NCBI GenBank assembly: GCA_963681965.1
Contig: OY820579.1
Span: 1,504,001-1,568,000, forward strand
Reading direction: 5' to 3'
DNA from: a bacterium
Lineage (GTDB): Bacteria; Electryoneota; JAOADG01
Length of the DNA: 64,000 nt
A program made the translations under genes and the position numbers. This document shows positions 20,941 through 29,100 of the stretch, piece by piece. Under the pieces are notes generated by a model that was given only the letters and a program-made list of their open reading frames with translations, did not search any database and was not told where the DNA came from. Numbering within the stretch: the first letter of the stretch is position 1; each line of letters starts with the position of its first letter.

Positions 20941-21564
20941 GTGCGAACTTATCCAGATAACCGTTATTTATTGTTACTATTATCTTTTGTTGCACTGGTC
21001 ATGTTTTGGTCGGTGGTTCAACCAAAAGACCTTTACACATGGTTTCTGGAAGTGTTTCCGATATTTATCGGTCTTCCGATCTTGTTTTTTACCCGAAATC
21101 GAATGCCACTTACAACCTTTACTTACACAGTGATTTCGCTACACTGTTGTATTTTGATGGTAGGTGGTCATTACACCTATGCGGAAGTACCACTCGGAGA
21201 ATGGTTCAAAGATTGGTTTGGATTTACACGCAATCATTACGATCGCATCGGACACTTCGCACAAGGATTCGTCCCCGCGTTGATTGCACGTGAAATTTAT
21301 TTGCGAAAAACATCGATGCATCCCGGTGGCTATCTGACTTTGACAGTGGCAGCAATTCCATTGGCAGTCAGCTTACTTTACGAATTACTTGAATTTGGAG
21401 TGGCGATTGCATCCGGCGCTGCTTCCGACGCCTTTCTCGGTACGCAGGGTGATATCTGGGATACGCAGAAGGATATGCTGCAGGCAAGTATTGGAATGAT
21501 AGCGGCACAGCTTTTCTGTTCCCGGTACCAGAATCGAGTCGTTGTCAGGGAATTGATGAAATAA
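20941..21564 (+). CDS. DUF2238 (YjdF-like) inner-membrane protein
   Basis: 'GGHYTYAEVP', 'RNHYDRIGHFAQG', 'FLGTQGDIWDTQKDM'. Confidence 0.9.
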   Translation: MRTYPDNRYLLLLLSFVALVMFWSVVQPKDLYTWFLEVFPIFIGLPILFFTRNRMPLTTFTYTVISLHCCILMVGGHYTYAEVPLGEWFKDWFGFTRNHYDRIGHFAQGFVPALIAREIYLRKTSMHPGGYLTLTVAAIPLAVSLLYELLEFGVAIASGAASDAFLGTQGDIWDTQKDMLQASIGMIAAQLFCSRYQNRVVVRELMK

Positions 21565-21696
21565 CGAGAATAGATCGGCAGCCATGGAATTACATTACCA
21601 TAATTCAATTTGTAAATCTATACGAAACAATATTGTACACTCATTTTCGGTTTCCGGCTCGGCGATGTATATTAGTCAAGTATTGGAAGGATCGAT

Positions 21697-21972
21697 ATGG
21701 CAATGAACTTAACGACTCGCGCACTCTATTTCCGTGATGGAAAAAATGTGATTGTGCTATCTCCGGAATTGGGTGTTACTTCTTGGGGCACTTCAGTCGA
21801 TGATGCGACCCGCAATTTAAAAGAAGCGGTGAAACTATACTGCGAGACGGCTCGCGATCAGAATGAACTGGAAGATGTATTGGAAGAGGCAGGGTATCAA
21901 CATGAAGGAACGATGTGGGTACCACCAGCGCTCGTCGATCAACAGGACGTGGAAGTAGAGATCAATGAGTAG
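21697..21972 (+). CDS. hicB: HicB-family antitoxin (short, no DNA-binding domain)
   Basis: 'SPELGVTSWGTSVDDATRNLKEAVKLY' partial RNase-H-fold motif. Confidence 0.75.
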   Translation: MAMNLTTRALYFRDGKNVIVLSPELGVTSWGTSVDDATRNLKEAVKLYCETARDQNELEDVLEEAGYQHEGTMWVPPALVDQQDVEVEINE

Positions 21973-22303
21973 CAAAACGATACCGGCAAAATTCGTGCTT
22001 CGCGCATTGGAAATGGATGGCTACCTTCCGAAGCGGGGTGAAGGAAATCATGTGATCTATGCCGGACGGCATGGCGGAAATCTAATCGTGTTACGCAATA
22101 CGGGAGATACGCCTACGATTCAGATTCGCTGGATCCTCGAAACGGCGGGTATTCCGCGGGCACGTTTTCTGGCAAATGTCGCAAAGGCTAAACAGGAACC
22201 ACGTCGACGCTATACCTTGTTGGGAACGATTTTTGCCAAACCGGCAGAAACGCTTGAGAAGAAACAGGAACCGGAAATTCCGATTCCGCCGCGAAAAAAA
22301 TAG
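21965..22303 (+). CDS. hicA: HicA-like toxin with C-terminal extension
   Basis: 'VLRALEMDGY..KRGEGNHVIY...IRWILETAGI' resembles the HicA dsRBD fold with G-x-H; overlaps hicB. Confidence 0.6.
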   Translation: MSSKTIPAKFVLRALEMDGYLPKRGEGNHVIYAGRHGGNLIVLRNTGDTPTIQIRWILETAGIPRARFLANVAKAKQEPRRRYTLLGTIFAKPAETLEKKQEPEIPIPPRKK

Positions 22304-22321
22304 GTGTTCGGAATATTGTTA

Positions 22322-22356
22322 GAAAACCGGCAACCCTCTCGGATTGCCGGTTTTTC
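22322..22356. terminator. Bidirectional intrinsic terminator
   Basis: GAAAACCGGCAACC-CTCTC-GGATTGCCGGTTTTTC between convergent hicA and the oxidoreductase gene. Confidence 0.85.
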
Positions 22357-22395
22357 ATTTTGTTAAATGAACTAATTACATCAAACTGTTGCTTG

Positions 22396-23847
22396 TTAGC
22401 TTACCGGGATCATCCTAGTCACAATTTCAACACCCATCTGCGTTAAGAAATCATTCGGCGACTCGCCACCGAGTAGTAAGAACGAATAGTCGTTTGGCAC
22501 CGATTTTTCGCTCCCGTCTTTCAACTTCAAGACGACATCTTTCTCATTTATCCGAATCACATTCGATTCGAAATAAGAGATAATTCGTTTCTCACTGATT
22601 GCGCGGTCGATTGCCTCACGGTTCCGTGGCATGATCCGGTCGAATTTGTTGCGACGATAGCTGATTGATACCCGATTCGATTTCTGATTTGCCAGTCCAA
22701 CTGCCGCTTCGACAGCGCTATCGCCACCTCCCACGATCAAAACATCGCAGTTTGTGTAGTCATTGGCATCGTAAAGCTGGTAAGTCACTTTCGCTAAATC
22801 TTCGCCCGGTACATCCAACTTCCGCGGAGTTCCGCGACGCCCGATTGCGAGGATCACGCGTTGACTGATCAGGTTTCCGTGATTGGTTTTCACTGCGAAA
22901 GTGCCGTCCGATTGTTTCATGACGCCTTCGCAACGGGTGTGTTCGCGGACTTCTATTCCGGTGTTCGCGACGATTGTTTGCCAGACTGTTAGCAACCCCT
23001 CTTTCGAGCTGTCCTGAACCCAGAGATTACCATAGAGTGGAATGTCAATCGGTTCCGCCATCACGAATTTATTTCGGGGATACTTCCGAATGGTCGATGC
23101 GAGTTCTTCGGCTTCGATCGTGATTGTATTGAAATTGTATTTTTTTGCTGAGAGCGCTGCCGACAGACCCGCCGGACCAGCGCCAACGACGATGATATCG
23201 GCGATTCCTTCGCGCGGACGAAGGTTGCTGCGAATGCGTTCGACTACGTTTCGTCCTTCATTCACAGCATGCTTGATCAGTGCCATCCCACCTAATTCAC
23301 CAACGATATAGAGACCTTCAACATTAGTTTCGTAATTTTCTTTTACAAATGGTACTTGAATTTTTCGACCACTACCTACTCGAACAAGGACTAACGCACC
23401 CGTCGGACAGACGGTGCCGCATTTGCCGGCACTCGTACAGAGATCGGCATCCGGTAGCACTGCTTTGTGATTAACCAAAGCCAAGGCATTTTCCGGACAG
23501 ACCGAAACACAAGTACCGCAGCCAATACAACTGGAGATATCAATCGCTGGTTTTAGCGGAGCCGACTCATCTTCCGGAGCATTCGGATCGACAATCGGTG
23601 CTCGCTTCAGATCGTACATTGCGAGTGGAGTACCGCACTTGGGACAAAAGATCGTTCCTTTCGGAATCGGTGTTGAACACTGTGCACACGGAATCGAGGG
23701 CAAAGCCGTCTTCATTCCGGTGACAGTCGCCGATTTACCGCTGTTGGTGGGTGCTTTCGCAGCTTGGTCCCGCAATTTCTTTAAGTGAAGATGAATCGGG
23801 ATTGCCATCAACATCAAGGCAAATACAAAAAATATCAAAGTTTCCAT
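22396..23847 (-). CDS. Membrane-anchored FAD/NAD(P)H oxidoreductase (TrxR/YpdA-like fold) with Zn-ribbon and ferredoxin domain
   Basis: Start METLIFF (AAGGA RBS); TM helix; CAQC..CPKC; CIGCGTCVSVCP and CTSAGKCGTVCP; 'VVGAGPAGLSAA'; 'VGGGDSAVEAA', 'SYRR'. Confidence 0.85.
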   Translation of the reverse strand: METLIFFVFALMLMAIPIHLHLKKLRDQAAKAPTNSGKSATVTGMKTALPSIPCAQCSTPIPKGTIFCPKCGTPLAMYDLKRAPIVDPNAPEDESAPLKPAIDISSCIGCGTCVSVCPENALALVNHKAVLPDADLCTSAGKCGTVCPTGALVLVRVGSGRKIQVPFVKENYETNVEGLYIVGELGGMALIKHAVNEGRNVVERIRSNLRPREGIADIIVVGAGPAGLSAALSAKKYNFNTITIEAEELASTIRKYPRNKFVMAEPIDIPLYGNLWVQDSSKEGLLTVWQTIVANTGIEVREHTRCEGVMKQSDGTFAVKTNHGNLISQRVILAIGRRGTPRKLDVPGEDLAKVTYQLYDANDYTNCDVLIVGGGDSAVEAAVGLANQKSNRVSISYRRNKFDRIMPRNREAIDRAISEKRIISYFESNVIRINEKDVVLKLKDGSEKSVPNDYSFLLLGGESPNDFLTQMGVEIVTRMIPVS

Positions 23848-23872
23848 CGGTACAATCCTTGAGCAAGATCGA

Positions 23873-24799
23873 CTAGAAGATCCAGCGATAACCCAGCAAG
23901 ACAACGACAATTACATGAACCATCAATGTGCCATACATCAGGAATGTGAGTGGTTTGTGGAACACATGCCACCAATCGAATAGTGCATGTGCCGCACCTA
24001 GTAATTGAATTTTACGCATCAGTAGCGATTTCCGTCGAGCGAGAAGTACAATTTCATCGACTTTCGCTCGATCCATATTTTCTTTTTGTAAAGTATGGCG
24101 CAATTCGCGAATCTGTCGGAACCGGCTGAGATCGTCTCGCATCATAAACTTCAATGCACCCAGGGCACCGGTATCTGCAATATTTTCGTCGACCGACGAT
24201 ATTTTATCGATGTGTTCGAATACTGGATGCGTTAATCCAAGTTCTTTACGCAATGCACCGACCAATCGGCGGTCTTCAGTTTCCAGCTCTTGCATCGATA
24301 ATTCGGTACCAGCGAGTGTTTTTGGAATTTGACTATACAACCATCGACCGATGATGCCTGATAAAACTACTCCGACCATTGCCCAAAAGCTCAACGCGGG
24401 AAGCTGTGAATCAAGTTTTCCAGTGGAATGGTACAAAACAAACATCGGACCGCATAATCCCATCGTAATATGAAGCTGTAACCAAACTCGCAACGATCCC
24501 CAATTCCGCATGAATTTCAACCGTTTCCGCGCAACATAAATATAAATCGAGAGCATCATCAGTGTCCCGATAACACCGAGTGTATGTCCGATCGAACCGC
24601 GTGAACTCCACTGCGCGTGCATCGGATGAAACATCCGTCCGGGAGCGTCGGGTGTGTCGAAGATTGGAGTTAAATAATATGCCTTACCCTTCAACGCGAG
24701 GATGACGAAGAACAATGTCATCACCACAGTTAGGATGTAAGGTAAAACTTTCACGAATGTGACTGCTCGAGGGGCAGTGTCGGTTCTTGGATTTGCCAT
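23873..24799 (-). CDS. Ferric-reductase/NOX-like transmembrane di-heme cytochrome b
   Basis: Several TM helices; two H-x13-H pairs: LHITMGLCGPMFVLYH and FHKPLTFLMYGTLMVH. Confidence 0.7.
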   Translation of the reverse strand: MANPRTDTAPRAVTFVKVLPYILTVVMTLFFVILALKGKAYYLTPIFDTPDAPGRMFHPMHAQWSSRGSIGHTLGVIGTLMMLSIYIYVARKRLKFMRNWGSLRVWLQLHITMGLCGPMFVLYHSTGKLDSQLPALSFWAMVGVVLSGIIGRWLYSQIPKTLAGTELSMQELETEDRRLVGALRKELGLTHPVFEHIDKISSVDENIADTGALGALKFMMRDDLSRFRQIRELRHTLQKENMDRAKVDEIVLLARRKSLLMRKIQLLGAAHALFDWWHVFHKPLTFLMYGTLMVHVIVVVLLGYRWIF

Positions 24800-24889
24800 A
24801 GATTGAATATAAGGTATCTAGTTGAAAGAGTTCAGTAAATTTCTTCGAGTTGACTGATTTCTTGAACTATCTCCTGAGATAATAATAAA

Positions 24890-26176
24890 TTACTTCTTGT
24901 GACTAGGAATCCGATATCCGAGATCGAACAATATGACTTTGTCTTGTTGAGAATTGGCAGTTGTCAATTCCCCGGTAACTCCTGCGCTCCAATCGTTCAA
25001 CCAATACCACAATGATAGCTCCCATCGGTTGGAGTCATAGCGGCTCTCACCACCACCAAATCCGCTTTTGTACTCGTTACGTTCAATATAATATCCGAGT
25101 CGTGGTGATAAACCTGCCAACAACTCTTTCTCGAGTGAGATTGAATAACTGGAACCGCGATAATAGAGGTTGTTATTGAATCCAGCATCAATGAAGGTAT
25201 ACAACGGTTTAATCTGCTTTGTATTGGCAGTCAGACCTAGTCCATAAGATGTACCGTTGTCGTTGTTTTTTTCGCGTCGTTGGAAGCGGACATTACTATG
25301 CCAGTCGATTTGCGGGATCATCCGATAATTGATGCCCGCGGAATAATCGTAGACCGGTTCCGATTCGAATAACGTATCGGCGATGTCTCGCATCGATCTG
25401 AGTAATTTGAAACCGCGCCGAAATCCGACCGATTGTTGAAATCGCCACTTCTGACCGGAAGATTCGCTGGCGTTAATCTGGAAATTGGAAATGCGAATAC
25501 CCGACTTGTCGGAATTGTTATCGCGATAGGCAAAGTCGAGTTCCAGCGTTTGATAGAGGTAGCTTCGGGCAAATGGCGTGAAGGATAGATTTTGTGTTAA
25601 CAATCTGCGATCCAGTTTTCCCTGACACTGTTGTTCTAATATCGAAACACCCCAACTGTGTGAATAATCGATCGCGTGTCCACTTACCGCAACACCAAAT
25701 TTGCTGATATCTTTTCCTAAGCCGAAAGTGTTTAAGTCTGGTTCATTGCCACCATACACCGAAAGTTCAAGTTTCGGTTCCGGCGAATAAATGATCCGAC
25801 CGCCATCGAGAAACCCGATCCCACCGAATCCCCTGCTACCCAATCGACCGGCTTGGACATCCCATTTCGGTGAGAGTCGCCACCCGAGCCATGCTTCGTA
25901 TACTCGCGATTGTTCGATTTTCGTTGAAACATCATGGCGGATTCGCGCATCGAGTGCGCCATGGATCGATTCTGTGAACAAATGATCGACATTAACAAAT
26001 CCGCGAAACGATGGCTCGACGCGTTTTTCACCGATGTCCGGGTACAATGAGTAAACACCGACTCCGAACCGACCGGAAAATTGCGGTGGAGTCTGACTAA
26101 AGCAAAACTGCACTAGTGCGATGATAGCTAAAACAACAGTGATTAATCGATTCACTTTCCGAGCTTGGAGGATCAT
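24890..26176 (-). CDS. Putative outer-membrane beta-barrel protein (porin partner of the multiheme cytochrome)
   Basis: Signal peptide; alternating hydrophobic/aromatic strands throughout; last strand 'ILFDLGYRI'; ATGA overlap with the cytochrome stop. Confidence 0.65.
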   Translation of the reverse strand: MILQARKVNRLITVVLAIIALVQFCFSQTPPQFSGRFGVGVYSLYPDIGEKRVEPSFRGFVNVDHLFTESIHGALDARIRHDVSTKIEQSRVYEAWLGWRLSPKWDVQAGRLGSRGFGGIGFLDGGRIIYSPEPKLELSVYGGNEPDLNTFGLGKDISKFGVAVSGHAIDYSHSWGVSILEQQCQGKLDRRLLTQNLSFTPFARSYLYQTLELDFAYRDNNSDKSGIRISNFQINASESSGQKWRFQQSVGFRRGFKLLRSMRDIADTLFESEPVYDYSAGINYRMIPQIDWHSNVRFQRREKNNDNGTSYGLGLTANTKQIKPLYTFIDAGFNNNLYYRGSSYSISLEKELLAGLSPRLGYYIERNEYKSGFGGGESRYDSNRWELSLWYWLNDWSAGVTGELTTANSQQDKVILFDLGYRIPSHKK

Positions 26177-29100
26177 TTATTGGTTCCTCCAGTTGGAAGT
26201 TTAGGAGCTGTAGGCGATATTCCGCGCTGTGGGAGTAATCGTCCTCCACCACCACCCCTACCGTGACAAGCAGTAGTAATGCATGAATTGCTGTTGCAGA
26301 TAAATCCGGAAACTCCGTTGTGTTGGTTCTGTAGCCGGGTACATCCGTTATGGCATGTGATGCAATCGAGTTGGATATAAGTGGCAGTGTTCGGATGACA
26401 TCGGTCGCAGGATACATTGTGATCGCCGGTTAAAATAAACCAACTGTGGCTTGAGAGACGTCCTTGTTGCCAAGTCGTGTTCGACACTCCATGGCAGGGA
26501 CTGCAATTGATTCCGAAGACTGTTGGTGAAGCGGTATGATTCGCCGGATAAACCGGTTGCTGGCAATAATTCGAAGAACTTGAACTGTGACAATAGCGAC
26601 AATCCGTCGTCGCCCCGGTGATTGTTCGATTTTGGTGACAGTTTACACACGTTTGTTGGGCATGAATACCTTGCCCGAAAACACCGTCGTTGGTGTGAGT
26701 CCAGCCGTGAGTAGGTGTCCAACCATTGGTTGCGGCAGGATCATGGCAATTACCGCAATTATCGCCAATCTGTCTACGCCACAGATCGTCCTGACTTCGA
26801 GTCCAATGACACGTGAAGCAGTCGGTCGGGGTATTGGAATACTGATTGTTCACATGACATTGAACGCAAGTCGTAGTGCTGTGCCGACCATTCAAAGCAA
26901 ATACCGTGCTGTGATTAAAAGTTGCCGGTCGCCAAGCGTCCCTTCCGGGATGACAGGTTCCGCACTGAGAAGTCGGAAATATCGTCGGATTGGCGTGATG
27001 CGACGGATTGGATGTTGTGTCGTAAGCAGTAGTATGGCAGCGATAACAATCGGTCGGAGTATTCGAATAGGTTCCGTGATGACAGTCGTTGCAAGCTGCG
27101 GTAGCATGTCTTCCCGACAGTGGATAGACGGTTGTGTGGTTGAAATTCGCTTGCGTCCATTGTCCGCCGCTGGTATGACACGTTCCACACTGCGCGGTTG
27201 GAAAGATCGTCGGGTTGGCACTATGCGATGGATTCGACGTCGTATCGTATTCGGTAGTATGACAATGATAACAATTAGTCGGAGTATTCATATAGGTCCC
27301 GTGATGACACTCATTGCAGGTAGCGGTAGCGTGTCTTCCCGATAGTGGATAGACGGTTGTATGGTTGAAATTCGCTTGCGTCCATTGTCCACCACTGGTA
27401 TGACAGGTTCCGCACTGCGCGGTCGGAAATATCGTCGGGTTGGCACTATGCGATGGATTCGACGTCGTGTCGTACTCGGTTCGATGACAAGAGTAGCACA
27501 CCTGCGAAGTAGTATTATAGTTTCCGTGATGACAATCGTTACAACTTGCCGTGGCGTGTCTGCCTGTTAACGGATACACCGCAGTATGATTGAAATTCGC
27601 CTGCGACCATTGTCCACCACTGGTATGACACGTTCCGCACTGAGATGTCGGATAAACCGTCTGATTGGTACGATGTGTTGGATTAGAGGTTGTATCGTAT
27701 TCGGTTGTATGACAAGTGTAGCAATCGGATGAAGTTCCTGAATACCGCGTGGTGTGGCAACTATTGCATGCCGTCGGTTGCGGAGATGCATGACGACCGC
27801 TTAATGGAAATAAAGTGTGAGCGTAATTCGCTGCAAACCAAGTTTGATCGGCGTCGCTATGGCAGGTTGCACATTGAGTGTTGAAGCCAGCTAACTGATG
27901 GTTTGGATTTGCTGAGCTATTGTAGACAGTCTGATGGCACCCTACGCAATTCGTTTTACGCGAATCAGAAGCTGGCGTTCGAGTCGTATGGCAATCGATA
28001 CACAATTTTTGAGCATGCTTCCCTTGAAGTTGGTAATGTGCAACAGTGTTGTGGTCAAATTGCACATTTTGAGTCCAACCGCCGGTGTTGTGACATGTTC
28101 CGCAATTGGTACCGTTCGCCAATCGCCAGAGGTCGGATTGCGTTCTGGTCCAATGACAGGTATAGCAGTCGGTGGGGGTTCCGGCATACTGATTGTTCAA
28201 ATGGCACTGAGTGCAAGTAACCTGAGTTGCGTGCCGTCCGGTAAGTGGAAAGTTGGTGTGAGTGAATGTGGTTTGCTCCCAACTGGACGCCGATTGTTGA
28301 TGACAGGTTGTGCAATCGCGGGGATATGTTAGATGAGCAGGATGTTCCGCACCGGCGCGAGTGAAATCGGAGGAATGACACCCGTTACATTCTCTTGTCG
28401 TTCCGCTATAATGTCCGTTGACATGGCATTGTGTACAAGAAGTATAGGCAAGACTATGTTTTCCGACCAACGCATATGAAGTGTGGGAAAAATTCTGTGC
28501 ACGCCAGTCTGGACCGCCATTACGATGACATTGTACACACTCTGTTTTCGCGAATCCGGCAGCAGCATGATTCGGATCCGTCATCCGATCGTATTCTTTC
28601 TGGTGGCAACTGTAGCATTCGGTGGATGCATCGGCAAATCGCTGGGTCTTGTGGCACTCAGTGCAATTTGTGGTCTGATGCTTATTCTGCAGCGGAAAAT
28701 TCGTTCGTGTATGAGAGAATTGCAGGTCATTCCATCGCGAGGGTCGATGGCAATCGGTACAGGTTTGCGATAAATACCCTTGATGCACATCGGTATGACA
28801 ACGATTGCATTCCATCGGTATTCCGGCATATTTCCCGGAACTATGGCACTGTTTGCAATCTACTGACTGATGTGTCCCTTCCAGTGGAAAACGGGTCAAG
28901 CGATGATTGAAAACTATGCCACTCTTCCAACCCATCGGAGAGTGACATTGTTCGCAATTCTTCCCGAAAGTACCATTGTGGTGATCGTTTTTCGCGTGGC
29001 AATTGTTACAACTTAATTCACTGGCAGCGAATTTGAATTTGCCATCCTTGTGGCATTCGGTACAATTTGTCGTTGCATGTTTCCCGATCAAAGCAAATTG

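Noticed and set aside
26587-28910. Long plus-strand ORFs opposite the cytochrome gene (e.g. 26587-27345)
   Set aside because: Antisense shadows of the repetitive Cys/His/Thr codons; no RBS or domain evidence.
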